Source of the DNA: Yuukianura sp. NJ FZ-2021
Lineage: Eukaryota
DNA length: 64,000 bases
Direction of reading: 5' to 3'
Assembly (NCBI GenBank): GCA_046563655.1
Contig: CM102287.1
Coordinates: 62,001 to 126,000, forward strand
In this document: positions 25,436 through 39,642 of the stretch, in pieces
How positions within the stretch are numbered: position 1 is the stretch's first letter
Layout: each line of letters opens with the position of its first letter
Notes under the pieces: generated by a model
What the model was told of the DNA's origin: nothing
Database searches by the model: none
Seen by the model: the letters and a program-made list of their open reading frames with translations, nothing else
Made by a program: the position numbers and the translations under genes

Positions 25436-28125
25436 CTATATGTTTTCAGGAACCTCATCGGTTGACTTGCGCTTCCTTGCGGCACGTGACTTTTGAATTG
25501 CTTCGAGTCTGTAGTTGGGTTGTTTGATGGGCATCGACCGTGCGACTCTTGAGTTGACGATCTCTGGCCCCAAGTCTTCCTGATAGAATTTGAGCAGCTT
25601 GGAGGTCATCTTGTCCCACATGCAGCCAGTTGCATCGTCACGATAAATTCGTTCTATGTAGAGCGGGAAGTCGATTATGCCCTTAGAGGTGTTCCGAAAG
25701 GAGTAGACTATAAAGTCGCACCACTGCCTTCCACTGACATGCAATTGCATTACGATTTGTCTAGAGGAAAATATAAAACAACTCAAGACCGTAGACTTAA
25801 CATAATTCGTAAATACTCTGACATTCGTTAAAGACGTACCGATAGTACTTGTGATTTTTTTTCAATTCCAAAACGTTCACGCTCCCAGAATCTGTTGTGC
25901 TTGAAGCCAGTCCTAAGAACGAAGTCTTTTTCATTACTGACGGCATTTCTTTTGGAGCAAATCCAATCATGGATTGTGGGCATTTCACTTCGATGATGCC
26001 ATCGTCCCCAACCAATCCATCCGGTGAAGCTGCAAAGACCCCATGCTCGAGACTGACAAAAAGACCAGACGGTTTGACAGCGACATTTCGTTCTCTCTCA
26101 TATGCGCGTATTGCCGACGCTTCGAATTTCTTGCCGTGTGTAATCGCTGGAAGGTGTGACAACGACTTTGGGTAGAGTAACTTCGATACGACAGACGAGT
26201 TATTCGTTGAGTCCTTGAGAGAGAATACATCTCCTGCTACTGATGCTGTTATCCTTCCAGATCTCTCTACCGCCCATATTTCGCATTCTGATTGAAGTGT
26301 TGTACATTCAAGAATTCTGATCTGTTGCTCTTTGCTGACATATTTGCTCTTCATTAGCTCCGTAACCTGATCCCGAACAGTATCATCATCAAAGTCTTCA
26401 TCAGCTGCATTTGGACCGTAATCCGCATCGGGTTGATACGAAATCTTGGGTTTGCAAGTCTTCTTCAGCTTGTGTTTGCTTTTCTGCGCGGTTTGTAGCT
26501 TCTTTCCAGCAGTTACTGCGGCTGCTTTCCACATTCTAGAGGGACTCCGATTTTTCAAAGTTTTATATGCCTCAGCATAAAAACAACTTCCTTTATTGAA
26601 GGAAAGGCCAGATGTGGAGGCTTTGACTTTCCATCCGCCCCTCTGGACGACATTCAACCGCTTCCCATGATTAAATTTTGCCACTCTGCTCATAAACGAC
26701 TCACAAATGTTCGATGTTAAGTTTGGCATGAGTCTTGCAGAAATTGAGCCAATCTGTTTGAATCGATGAACAACATCACTCCAGAGGGATTTATCTCGTA
26801 GCTCGGCAAACTGGTTTTCCTCATTGGTTGATCCAGAGCAGAAGTATGAAGCGCAATTGTTGTGTTGTCCAAATGTATGAAGTGGAATGTTTTCAATGTC
26901 CTTCCGCAGGAGGCTATCGTTTCTAGGTGATTCTTGACTCCTATAATTTATTGCAGCTCGAAGTGATTTTCCCATTCTGTGCATCTGCGATTTCAAGATC
27001 TGACGTTCTCTAAGACTGTACATTTTGGTTGCCTTTGTAGCAGCAATGCAAAACTTGTTCAAGTTCTTGACGATGTGATTAATGCATTCAGCCTTTTGTA
27101 TTTGTACTCCTGGGTAGATTTGTGAGTTAACCAAAGTATGATAAACTGAGGAATCACCATCAGCGATGAGAGTCTTGAAAACGAGGCCATGCATTTCAAT
27201 ACTTTCTCTGAAACCTTCCTGTATAATTCGTGATTCCATAACAGTTGCGCTGACAGTTTCGTCCCAGTTCTTGTAGCACACGTGCTCCTTTGCTGTTTGA
27301 CCGGAGGTGCTGGCTCTCTTGCAGACGATGCAGAACATATTTTTAATTCCAATGTAAAGTAGTTTCTTGCTTCTGGCACCAATCAGTACTGCTACACCGC
27401 CCTTGGATTTGAACGAATGGCCATAGGATCTAGTACACCAAGCACCATCAGCATACACTGAAGTACACGGGTATGTCACTCCATTGACAGCGACCTTGTC
27501 GTTAGCAGCTTCAGCTAGTTCCACTTCTATCTTCCCGTTTTCAATGATCTGCTCTGCTAGTACTTCATCCCATTGCTTTGTCAATTTTTCCAAATGCCTG
27601 CTATAGGTTTTGAATGCCGGAAAGGGAATGTCCATGACTGTCATAAGTTGCTTAGAAGCTTCGAAGTTACTTGCTCCAGCGCATGTTCCCCATACAAGAC
27701 TTTCGTTCACCGGTAGAGTTACCCCGTCTTCTTCCTTATCAGACACAATCCAGTTCTTCCATTGACAAGAGGTGCAGCGGACTAACAAACGGCTCCGGAG
27801 ACCCATCCTTGTTTCCTAAAATTAACTTTCATGTATGCGTCATAAAAATCGAACTGTGATGTACTCTTACTTTCTCAAACACAAGTACAGAGCTAGAACA
27901 AACTTTTCCGTGCGAAGAAGCAGTATTCATTGACAAGAGCCATTGCGAAACGGTTACAATTCGCCTCCCACAAATACTTGGCGGATCTGGGACACCAGGA
28001 GTCACGATTGTTGAAGACGGATCATCAACTTTTTCAAGGTTTTCATTGTCTCTCCATTTCTTGTAACCGAGTTTGAGTGAATTTGCGGACTTCCTCGAAT
28101 GAAAACGCTTGCGTTGTCTCCCCAT
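25436..28125 (-). CDS. DDE transposase (Mutator-like/Kolobok domain) fused to a YqaJ lambda-exonuclease-like domain; introns 27816-27870 and 25761-25839
   Basis: ADGAWCTRSYGH, C..C..H.C.KNW, ADGDSS, ECINH, CESF; then W...RSGRITAS, HG..FE, ASPDG, IEVKCP. Splicing gives HKYYRQIVMQLHVSGRQWCDF. Confidence 0.88.
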
Positions 28126-28617
28126 TCTGCAAAGATACAAAGCTTAAAGTAAAGTTTGAAAACAGTGGATACCTGACACTTTCTGCCTGAGTTCCAAACC
28201 CCGTCATTCGTCGTTGTGTTGCAGATGTCGCTTGAACAAGATGCGCAGATGACTGCGAATAGATAAGATGTGATGGCGAAAGTTTTCTATAGGTTGGTTA
28301 TCAACACCCTAAAACATCTGGCCAGCATTCGAGGAAACCAAGGGGTTACGCAAAATGAATGACACGTAAACAAGTGCTACATAGCTACAAAGTCGGGCCG
28401 TTGCAGAGGACTGCATATGCCAAAAAAAGAAAATTTGGACAGCGTAACCCCAAGGCCTGGCCAAATGTGAGTTTTAGACCAGACTCTAGGCACGCTCAGA
28501 CTTAGGCCATCATAGAAATTCTGGTCCCCTCCCTCCGGAGTATGTGAGAATGTCAAATGATGAGGAAGCGAGGACAAACGCAGACCAGGGAAATGCAGCA
28601 GCGACTGTAGTAATGAT

Positions 28618-29402
28618 GGTACTGTATTTGTAAATAAGTTAAAAATTTTCAACATGAACTATAATTATACTGATTTACTGGTTAGTGTATCAAGATACCG
28701 TTTCATTTCGACAAAACGGTACTGTATTTGTAAATAAGTTAAACTTTAAACATGAACTATAATTATACTGATTTACTGGTTAGTGTATCAAGATACCGTT
28801 TCATTTCGACAAAACGGTACTGTATTTGTAAATAAGTTAAATTTTCAACAGGAACTATAATTATACTGATTTACTGGTTAGTGTATCAAGATACCGTTTC
28901 ATTTCGACAAAACGGTACTGTATTTGTAAATAAGTTAAAAATTTTCAACATGAACTATAATTATACTGATTTACTGGTTAGTGTATCAAGATACCGTTTC
29001 ATTTCGACAAAACGGTACGGTATTTGTAAATAAGTTAAATTTTCAACATGAACTATAATTATACTGATTTACTGGTTAGTGTATCAAGATACCGTTTCAT
29101 TTCGACAAAACGGTACGGTATTTGTAAATAAGTTAAATTTTCAACATGAACTATAATTATACTGATTTACTGGTTAGTGTATCAAGATACCGTTTCATTT
29201 CGACAAAACGGTACGGTATTTGTAAATAAGTTAAATTTTCAACATAAAATATAATTATACTGATTTACTGGTTAGTGTATCAAGATACCGTTTCATTTCG
29301 ACGAAATCGTACGGTATTTGTAAATAAGTTAAATTTTCAACTCAAACTTTAATTACAATGACTTATTTGTTAGTGTACCGTTTCATTTCGGCGAACCGGT
29401 AT
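28618..29402. repeat. 98-100-bp tandem array, 8 copies, inside the transposon
   Basis: Unit starts at 28618, 28718, 28816, 28914, 29014, 29112, 29210 and 29308; each has a TACCGTTT...AAACGGTA hairpin. Confidence 0.95.
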
Positions 29403-30273
29403 GCGTCTCATGATTAATTATTATGTCCCAATGATTACTTATTATGTTTTATTATAATTCTGCTGATTATCGATTGCCTCCATGTTCTCAGAAAAGGGGA
29501 AACTAGTTATACACAAAACCTCCACCAGATACCAGTATCCATCTAACTGTCAATTAGCTCCGAACTGTAGAGGCATCCGTGTCACAAGGGATGCTCACCT
29601 CTATTCTATGTTTTGCCTGGACTCCGAATCCATCCCTTGTCCAATGTCCAGTCCAATCCTAGGCTCATTTACATTCCACATGGTATAGTCGAGGTCAAGT
29701 GGTATGTCACTCTCCAGTGCAGTGTCAGCTATCGATACTGCAGCAGCACCTTATACTTTTAGTACTCAACATGCATGGTATGACGTCCCAGGGACAGAGA
29801 GCAGAGGTACAATATCATATCATGAGTCTAACATGGGCAATGACAGAGATCTGAAGGGTCCTGAGGGCCCTTCGTGATCATTTGGTGTGTTAGTATTTGC
29901 TCTATTCTGCTCAAATTACTCAATGTGACCTTCGAAACCGTCTATCAGAATCTAACCATGGGAGCAAACACAAAGAAAGAGTACCTGAAGTAACGATGAC
30001 CGACCGGCTGGAAACGAAGGTGACGACGGTGACACTTGACCTTTGGAAATGATGACTGGAATGATGACAAGAGATTGATGACGGGACACAAACTGACAAC
30101 TGACAGACGACGACGAGAGAGTGAATGAAAGAACAAAGAACGAAACTGACTTCTTTTGAATTTTCAAAATCAAAATTCCCACTATATTCTCAACTCGCCC
30201 CAGCTTACAGTTACGCAGTCTGTAAACAGTAAACTGTAAACAACAAAATCATGAACTTTGACCCATTCTTCTA

Positions 30274-30577
30274 GTGCACTTCCTGCGTGATTGGTACGAC
30301 GCTCAGAAAACTACGACCACACTTTTCGCATTAGCATACGCTGCTAATCAATGCAGCAGGCAGTTTTTTTACGAATTTTCAGATGCTTTGCCGTAGGAGG
30401 CACAGTAAGGCAAAATTTCATGATTTCTCAAATATCTTCCAGAAATCCTTTGATTTCTGGAGGAAAGGTTAAGTTTTCATGAAAAAGCTGTCCGCTGTGT
30501 TAGTTAGCAGCGTCTGCTACTACAAAAAGTGTGGTCGTAGTTTTCTGAGCGTCGTACCAATCCTGCAGGAAGTGCAC
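30274..30577. repeat. ~90-bp imperfect inverted repeat (nested MITE or subterminal fold-back)
   Basis: GTGCACTTCCTGC.TGATTGGTACGACGCTCAGAAAACTACGACCACACTTTT and its reverse complement ending at 30577. Confidence 0.85.
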
Positions 30578-30626
30578 GAAAAGCACTACAGAAAATCGTA
30601 TCTAAGCGAATTCCTCCAACCAAGTC

Positions 30627-31718
30627 TTAAAGTTCATCCAAATTGAAGAAAACCACTATTTTCTAAAAGAGGCTAGACTAGAACGGAAGCAAATGAAATT
30701 ATATTTCAAACTAGAAGTTCAAATACTTTAAACTCTAACGTTGTTGCAAACATTATAAGGATGGGGTTAACCTTTCAAGAGATTCCCCAAATTTTAATTG
30801 ATAAAATATGCATTCAAAACAAGGTTATTTTTCCAAAACCCTTACGTATTCTCGAATCACTTCAAATTAAGTCGATTAACGATGTTGCAAACTTGCGAAC
30901 AAATGTTGCTCAATTGCCAATTAATAAACAACGAATTGTCAACAAAGAATTGGAACTCTTTGAAAAACAACTCGACGATTTTAAGAAAACTCTGAAACTA
31001 GACGCAGAACATGTCTCTTTTAAAATTAAACACCCAACAAGTGAAAATGACGTTTCATTTACTGACAATAATCAGTATCTTGGAGCCATTTTCACCAAGT
31101 TTCGCATAGAGAAATTTTCTCCAAATTGACTTGCAGAAATTAAACTCAAAGAAATGGGAGAGACTTAAGAATGACCTCTTACCTTTCAACTTTAAGTCAA
31201 ACGTGTGGAAACTTTGGCATAATGCTCTCATTTCGTTTGACATTGCTCAAAGAATGGGTTTGTGTAGTAATGGACGATGTCCTTACTGCAACGAAAGGGT
31301 CACGAATTGTACTCACATAATCCACTGTAAGTCAACGGATAGTTTATGGATATATGTACAAAAATTAGTAAGCAAAGTAAACTTAAAGCTTTCTTCCTTT
31401 GATAAGGTTTTCGGGACTAACGATAATCTAGCAAATTTTCTAATTTTTTGTTGCTCTAATATATTATATAATAGATTTATTTATAATATAAATTCAGGCA
31501 AAACAAATTACGATCTGTTAGTTAAATATAAACAGTTTTTGTATCAAACAATTTATATTAACTACATAAGTGCTAGAAGTAAGAATCAAGTGGAAAAATT
31601 TGAAAACACATGGTGCAAAAATAACTTAATCTCTGTGAATCCAATTTTGAAAATTAGCTTGTAGTTTAAAGTTTTCGACAAATAAATAAATCATTCTCTT
31701 CAAAAAACAAAAAAAAAA
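30627..31718 (+). pseudogene. LINE ORF2 3' end with zf-RVT domain, polyadenylation signal and poly(A) tail
   Basis: WKLWHNAL...CPYCNE..TNCTHIIHC...LW; in-frame stops; AATAAATAAA then an A-rich tail at 31702-31718. Confidence 0.85.
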
Positions 31719-31996
31719 GTCGAAGAAAAGACTGAACACTACTTTGAGTTTCGGCAGTATTTATTTATATTGGAAGTATTCGAGAAAGAAGAATACCGCA
31801 ATTACCCAAACAAAATCGGTGACTTGTTTATTTTTGCAAAGAACCCATTAACATAAGTTAAAAAAGTTACTTTTTATTCTAAACTGAGAAACAAAGATGT
31901 TTAAAGAGACTTAAAGACATCTCTGTTTAATGCTGTTTCCTTGCAAAGTGATATTTAATAGAGGAATCTGAATACACAAGTACCAGGAGTCTGCAA

Positions 31997-34900
31997 TTAC
32001 TGTCGTGTGCGTTGACCTCTACTCATTTCCTGGTTGTAAGTTCCTCCTTTGCGTTGATCCTGATTGTATCCTCCTCGGCCTTCGTAACCTCCTGACCGCT
32101 GCTCTCCGCGGTTGTAGCCTTGACCTCCACCGCGGGATTGGCGGTTCTTCCAGTCGGGGCGGTTGAAACGTTGGCCACCTTTTCCTCCCTGGCCCATCAT
32201 TCCTCCCGGGCCACTCTGGATCTTGGTCTCTAAGCTACGGTCACTGGTTTCACGGAGGATGTTAACCTATATCAAAAAGAATTACATCGATAAGCACAAT
32301 GTTCAGTTATATATGTTTAGAATCTTCATTATAATCAAAATACAAAATACAAACTCACCTTGTCCGAGAGTTGGAGCAGCATGGACTGGAGACGTGTTGG
32401 TTCCGTACGATGGAGAACAATGGACTTGGTGGGTTCGTCCATGGAAGCCTGAAATACAAAAAGCAGTTCATGTCAACAGAATCCTCATAAAAACATAAAG
32501 TAACCCAGTTTCAAAAAATTTGAATTTACCATTAGCTCTTGGTTGATGATCATTTTGGCGACGATTGAGTGTACCTGAGCATCGTCCAGTTCATACATGG
32601 AACCCAAACGCGGGAGGCTGATGGAGTCGTAAACATGGGAGTAGGTAAATAAATAAGTGCGAAGACACTCCTCCTTGATCTTCCGTTGAACCATTTGCTT
32701 CACTCCAATTCTAAAAATGAAAATAAAACTTGTCATCGCTCAATTCTCAAAATCCAAAACAGTGGCTTTCTTTCATGATTTAAAAACACAAGGAAATGGA
32801 ACTTACAGTTTCTCGCCTACAGTATGCTCATAAATTCCAAAGTAGTTCCAGACTTTCTTTTCCATTTTCTCGTTGACAAGTGAGTTGAAACATTTCCTCC
32901 AATCTCCTTTCTTCATCGCTCGTGCGGCTGCTACAACATGCTCTCTCATAGATTCCGGAGGACCAGTCAAGCTCTGCTTCTCCATTGTACGCAATTGATG
33001 ATAGAATGTTTTAGAAATTGGGCGTCTCTTGGCATCAAATTCATGTTCAGCAATATAGGGTACTTCCAGAAGCATCGCTGACACCAAGTAGACACACTCA
33101 ATAACATCCAGGTTCAATTGCATATGAAAAGGGACTTGGCGACTGCGTTCAACTTTCTCTTGCTCGGCTGTTCGATCATGACGATGTTGCGGCATGAGTC
33201 CCTGAGCCAGCAGTTCTTTGACTCTGGCGCTCATGAGTAAATCGGCAAGACAGTTATGGGAATCTTGAATGGACTCATGGCGGAAGGCACAAATTCCCAG
33301 TTGAACCATGGCGCGATTGTACATGATCTGAAACCAAAACATTAAAATTTCAAATTGCCCAACACAGTTCTATCCGTCTCCCACTGTACGTTTGCTAACG
33401 TTTGCCTCACCTGAGTTTGTGGATCTGAGTGATGGATTACTTCCTGAAGGTGAGACATGAGCAGCAAATCTCGTGCCTCAAACCAATTATCATGTAGTGC
33501 ATGATGGTAGATGTGACAGAGAATGGCACGGGTACGCAAGCGGTCAGTGGTGTCCTTAGCATAGATGTATGCTGCCAAGCGATGCATGGTGTCCACGCTT
33601 GTTTCTCCTTTATATTCACCCTAAGAAATCAAAAAATACAAGATACAGGTCTGATCACATCTTCACACGAAGAGTTTTTTTTAAGCTAAGTTTTAAATTT
33701 TATAAATCGGGTATCGTTGTGGTCACTCTGAAGTAGCAGAAAAAAGTATTTCAAACGAAACTCTGGGATCTGAATGACCTTGCCTTTCTTTACGCTCACA
33801 ATTCTTATGCTAACTCTCTGAAAGAGAAACCATATTTCCTTGAGCGCAATTTCAACTTCTAGTAAGTTCACGAGTTCAACACTAACTAACCAACATAAAA
33901 AAAATCATTTCATTTCACATGTTAGATTTGTTGAACTTACCCGCTTCTTCTTCAGCACACGGGCGTCAAACTTGTAGTAAATGTGCTCAATCTTCTTGAA
34001 GTAAGCCCTGCACATAAGTCCACGGTCGTTTACGGATGCTGTTGATTCCAAATAGGCAATGAGGCTTTCCAACATGTCGCAGATTTTTCGTTCATCTTGA
34101 ACTCGTTCCATGTATTCAAACGAATGCGAGTCCAACTCCTTCAGAACTTTGAGGAACTCCTCGTCCAAGCGTTCGAAAACAGTCAAAATGCATCCTCTGA
34201 CTTTGAACGGAGCTTTCTCCAACTCTTCTCCATCTTCAGGGATGTTTTCTTCAATCTGGAAAAATAAAGGAACGGTGAAAATTTCAGATCAGAAACATTT
34301 AGGAACATCAGAAACATTTTACTAACCTTGATAGAATCCTTGTGCTCTTTGGCCAAGTTTAACATCTCAGTAGTTTTGTTAAGTAGGCGCAACCAGTACT
34401 GGACCTTCTGTACTTCGTGAATTTTCATGCTGTAATCAAACAGGGCTGCCACAATACAAAATGAAATCTTCAGCTGAAGTGCTGGTCCTAGTTTATGTTG
34501 AGTCGCAATGGATTCCAGCTCAACCAAGAGGTCAATCTGCTCACGCCGATCAGTACCCTGCAGGTCAAAAGTCAAAGTAAGAATTCAAGATGAAATATGG
34601 ATATGGAAAGTGTTACTGATCTGTTCCTGTTTGTAAGAGTATTTCCATACCTTCTTTCCACGAACAGCAGTGATTTCATTAAGTTTCTTGATGACAACCG
34701 GTGTTGTGATCTCTTGGTCTTTTTGAAACATCACAGGACGCTCAGCAATCGCTCCGCGGTTGACAACCTCCCATTCTGGCCCATCTTCTTCCTCTTCATC
34801 TTTGCGCGGAGCCTTCTGAACAACCTTTCTTGGTTTCTTCTCTTCCTTCTTATCCTTTTTAGTTTCAGTTTTTCCGGGTTTCTTCAAAAACTTTTCACGA

Positions 34901-35813
34901 ATGGAGGCATACTGAGTTTCGTCATCTTCCGAACTGGAGGATTCGGATCCACTGGACGCCCAGTAAGAATCGTCTGAGTCGTCATCCCCATCGTCCTGGA
35001 CAAGAAAGTTATTAAATTACGTTCCTATTGAAAACGTCTAGTAATCTCAGCCTTCTTACCTTCACTTTCGCCGGCTTCTTTGTCTTAGATTTCACTTCAG
35101 GTTCATCTTCACTCTCGCTGGATACGTCTGGTTCAACTTCTTTTTCTTCTTCAAAGTCATCTTCCTCCAGTAGTTCCGGATTCTCACGGAATTTAGCAAG
35201 AGCTTCCTCGTAGTCCTTGTTATATTTTCGAAGCTTCTGGCGCAGAGTACCCAGACTCTTAGCCTTGTCCTTTGGCATCTTTGCATTGTTTTTCTTGTTC
35301 TCCCATTGTTGGTCTACGTAAACTTGAAGCTGGGCGAGAGTACGCAAGATAAAAGTTGGCGTAACCCCCTTCTCTTCCTTGGCAATCACAGGTAGTGCCT
35401 TCTGATGAGCTTTTACCAGATCTTCAAAACCTATAGACCATTCAAAAAAATTATTAAGCGTGCTAAGTTAAGTAATCTGCTGCACTAAAGAAACAAAGGC
35501 TTACAGTCAAGTAAATTGGGAACGTCGTTGATCTTCCGGTAGTTCCGTATCTTTTTGACAATTCCCATGATTTCTTCATATCGCTTCTCCTTAGCAGACC
35601 GGACAATTCGCTTTCCACTTTCTTCTTCTTCATCACTCAACTGCCAAACCCAAATAATTAGAATACATTTAGATTGTCTTAAGGCTAGACAGAGCTTCTT
35701 ACATCATCGTATGCTGTGGTTATAGCCGGCGCCTTCTGGATCTGGGGTTCCTCATCTGATGAAGATTCCGATTCAGAATCAGATCCCCTCGCATAAAAAC
35801 GAGAATGGCTCAT
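31997..35813 (-). CDS. eIF3c: Eukaryotic translation initiation factor 3 subunit C, multi-exon host gene
   Basis: [74 protein letters not shown]...[21 protein letters not shown]-domain C-terminus; many GT-AG introns. Confidence 0.96.
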
Positions 35814-36206
35814 GGTGTAGGTGATATCCGAATATCGATAGATTCAAGCAAACAATTAATCGCACTAAGAATCACTTTTACCGGTTGACTCTTCTCTTCC
35901 CCTCTATTTTTTTTTCAAAACACGGGTCACTTTTCTAATTTTGAAACCACACAAGTATCCCTTCCTCGGAAGTTAAAACAAAGAAAGTGTCCCTTGAAGG
36001 GCCCCTTTCTTTCCCTGATGCTAAAAGTGGAAGCGATGTTCACACTTTGGTAATTAACCCTCAACACCTTCCGTGTCACTTCCAAAATTCAGTTTCAATC
36101 TCACCTCCAAACGACAAGGACACACTTGGCCATTACTTCGAATTTCAAAAACCATAAACACTTTAAAAACTTCTTTGAGTTTTCAAATTTTGAAAAACTA
36201 ACAACT

Positions 36207-36449
36207 TTAATTATGTTCCTCCGTAGGCTTGAGCAAGCGCTGATGGGTTCCCAATTCGAACCCGATGTCGGCCCAGTGGAAACTCAACTGACAGTGGGTT
36301 TCTGTTAGGTCCTTGGCAGCTGCCTGAGATGGAGAGACGGTCGGCGGCTTGTCACCATCCGCGTTGTCTTCACAGACGCAAGGACTCTGACCACACTTTG
36401 GACAGACGTCCTTCTTCTTTCCGCTACACTTTCCAAGACAGGAACCCAT
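36207..36449 (-). CDS. Small Cys-rich protein with MGSC (myristoylation/palmitoylation-like) N-terminus
   Basis: MGSCLGKCSGKKK..CPKCGQSPCVC; acceptor at ~36518 and donor at ~36747 suggest a spliced 5' UTR. 3' end uncertain. Confidence 0.5.
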   Translation of the reverse strand: MGSCLGKCSGKKKDVCPKCGQSPCVCEDNADGDKPPTVSPSQAAAKDLTETHCQLSFHWADIGFELGTHQRLLKPTEEHN

Positions 36450-38786
36450 TGTTCCAGTAGTCAAGGGCTCTGACGGCTGGTCACCACGGCACGAACGAGA
36501 GCAGGAACCAAACTCTCCTGAAACAGAAACAGGGACAGAATTAACGTTGAACTAAGTAGTTTGATTACGGAAGACTCTGCCTAATGAGTTCGAAATGACA
36601 AAATGAGGGAAAGAGTGTCAAGGTCCAGTCCAATTTTCTATTAATTAGCCCCAAAACTGGTCTCTGTGGTTGTTGCGGGTGGATCCGTGGTCCGGAGACT
36701 AGTGATACACTGTTAGTCCATTATCAATTACGTTTGTAATTAACTTACCCAACTGTGAGAGGTATGGTCTGGGCGTCAGCTGATGTGGATTGACCTGGAG
36801 GTGACGATTAGTTGACCTAGTAGGAGTAGAGAGAGACAGACGTCCGTCTTCTTGAGAGGCAAAAAAGCGACTGACAAAGAAATGGGAGAGAGAATGACGT
36901 GGCGAGTTCAATAACCTCCGCGCGCCTCTTTTCCCTGTTTTTAAATTTTCAAACAGTACCGCGCATGGTGTCGTTGCCTTGACAATAGTTTCTATTCAAT
37001 TCAATAATTGAATGGCTTCGTGGAAAAACCACCAAACAGAATTTCAAAAAAAGTTGTGCATGTACAAATCGACACAAACCGTAAAGTGCCTACTCGTCGC
37101 TTTGGGAACGAACTTTTTCAGTAATATTTTCAAAGGTAAATCGGAAACAGTATTATAAGGAGCGAAAGGGTGTTCTCGTTGATTGAGATTTCACAAATTA
37201 ATTTGATTTCTATTGCTGAAGGAATGCGCAGACATAGTTTCAGATAAAAAAAATTTCGCTTAAATTAACGTCCGAGACAACTGAGTTTAAGAGTTTTCAC
37301 TGCTTAAATGTAGGGGAAGCCATTTTGCTATATTTTAACCCTTACTGAGGGTTCATCCGCATATTTCATCCACCCGAAACTGGATTTCACTCGCATAAAA
37401 CCATTTATCCAATGAATATAACGTGGACAAAATGCTGAAACAGAGCATAGCCAGTAAAACTGGGTTTAGAACGGGATAGCACGATATTTTCAAGTTTTGA
37501 AGAGATAAGAGATAAATCATTTTTCATAGGTGTTGATGGATGCCTACGTCAACACTTCGACTTATCCACTGGTGGATCTGGATATCCAGTGGATGAAACT
37601 GGCAAAGTAGACGAATTCAAAGAACCGAACATTGTCCGACAAACAATAAAACCTAAATAAACTACAGAAACAAATGCAATATCGTTTGCAACTAATTCGT
37701 TTTTGCAAGGAAAAAGGAAAACTTTTCGTATCATCCTATGGTTTCAAATTAAAATTGGTTGCATTTTTGCGGTATATTGAAGTTAATTTGAATTTCGAGC
37801 TGAATTTTTTAGTTGTTTTCCTTCACTTAAAATTTCTGCCACTAGGGACTCAATTCTCGAAATTGGTATCCAATGAAAGCTGCAACTAATCCCCTGCACA
37901 TTTAATCGTACAGAAAATTGGTCTCATCGGAAGTATTTTGTACCAAAATATTCGAAGTAATGCAAATGTGGTTATCAGTGCTAGTGGATATCCACTTTTT
38001 CGGCATTTCATCTATGGCTGGATATCCAGTGGAAGAAATGGCCGAAATGGATGAATCTACAACCACAACCTATGAATCCAAAGGGGCGGAACTTTAGCCT
38101 CCGGATTTAAATTAATTGAATGCAAAAAGCTAAAAAAAAATTAAAATACAATATAAAAACGAAGAAAATATTTAAATAAGGTTTTTTAAATAAGTTCTAA
38201 TTCATTAATTTTAACAACGAAAGAAAAGCTTTATGCTATATTTTGCAATTTAAAATCTGAATTTTTTTTCAATTTCGCGCAAACTTTTTTTTTCTTTCAT
38301 CCACTTATAGTTTCTTCCATTTAGGTCAAATTTCTTCCAGTGGATATTAAGTGGAAGCGGTAATTAAGCTACTGGACGTTACAGCATCCATCAACACTGG
38401 TGGTCTTAAACGTAGTGGGCATGCCAAGACATGTGTTATATATTCGTGTTTTGTACTGGCAATCTTTTAGCGGGTGACCGACGGACAGACTGACAGAGAG
38501 ACTTTCAATCAATAAAGCAGTATACATGCGAATTATCTCACACTTCCACATTCGTTTGTAATTTTGTTTACAAACAATTTTTGTGCAACTTAAGTTAAAC
38601 CAAAAATCTGTTTGGTTGTTTTTCCACGAAGCCATTCAATTGTGTAGTCCCAACGAAGAAGGGCGTACCTCGGATTTTGAATTTTTTTTCCCTTGGAGAC
38701 GAGAAAAGTAAATAAATTTCCCAAAACTCGGAATCAAAAATGTCTGCAGATTTCGATTTCAAAAATGTAATTAGAAATCGCATTAA

Positions 38787-39642
38787 CCTTTTGAGGCCTG
38801 TTTACGCCAGCGATTGTTTATTTAGTAGACGACCATAAATTATTTTGGTTTCCACGGTTGAAGCAAAATAATTTTTTGATTCGGTTGCGCAGGATTAATT
38901 AAAAATTTAGAAATAAGTGACAGGAGCCTGAATTTTGACAAACATAATTCCGAACATTTTATTTTCCGAAAAGCCTAGTCATATAACTAAGAAGTTATAA
39001 ATCATAATTGCGTGACGATTGACAATACTTAAAACACTTTTCGACGCATCATTTTTTACCTGCAGGTAGCCTTCGCATTGTGTGGTAAAACTATTGAAGA
39101 ATTTTGAGGAATTGGAATTTTGAAAAATTCAGCTGAAATTCAACTTTTGGATATATTTGCCTTGCCGAGGATTCACGCGTACTCTACCGTCTTGAAATGT
39201 TGGTCTCGTGAAAAATTGACCTGTTCTCTAACTTTTTGACGTGACCAAATTTTTAAAAATTCACTTGTACACTTACTTTTTGAGGATTTGGAATTTTGAA
39301 AAATTCAGCTGAAATTCAACTTTTGGATAAAACTTTGAATCCTAACTTTTTGACATGACAAAATTTCGACAAATTCACTTGTACACTTTTTGGAATTTGG
39401 AAAAATCCAAATTCCAAATAGACTAAAATAAGAAAAATTCTGACGACTATAGTCGTCAACCGTCCCCAACGTCTTGCAAAAAAAAACGACAAAAGATGTC
39501 TTCAGGCCCTAAGCAACAAACAAACTTTCGACAAAAGTCGTCTGCCGGTTGTCAAGGTTGTAAAATTTTGCAACTGAAGTCGACAACCGGCTCTCAGGCA
39601 ACCAAAGTTTTGCGACAAAAGTTGCCAACAGGCCTCAAAAGG
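38787..39642. mobile_element. Non-autonomous piggyBac-like element (MITE)
   Basis: TTAA on both sides; perfect 16-bp TIR CCTTTTGAGGCCTGTT / AACAGGCCTCAAAAGG; internal ~170-bp duplication. Confidence 0.9.

Larger units (their letters stand above)
25015..30626 (-). mobile_element. Kolobok-like (KolobokE-type) DNA transposon, 5.6 kb, TTAA target duplication
   Basis: TTAA at 25011-25014 and 30627-30630; removal rejoins the LINE frame (KIRNIL|KFIQIEENHYF). Weak TIR: GGAGAGACTGGAGG / CCTCCAACCAAGTC. Confidence 0.75.

Noticed and set aside
1..29402. Tandem arrays as CRISPR-like loci
   Set aside because: Units are near-identical throughout, with no unique spacers and no cas genes; eukaryotic context.
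37336..38366. Region rich in ATCCA/TGGAT palindromic motifs, possibly a MITE
   Set aside because: No convincing TIR/TSD pair could be assigned.
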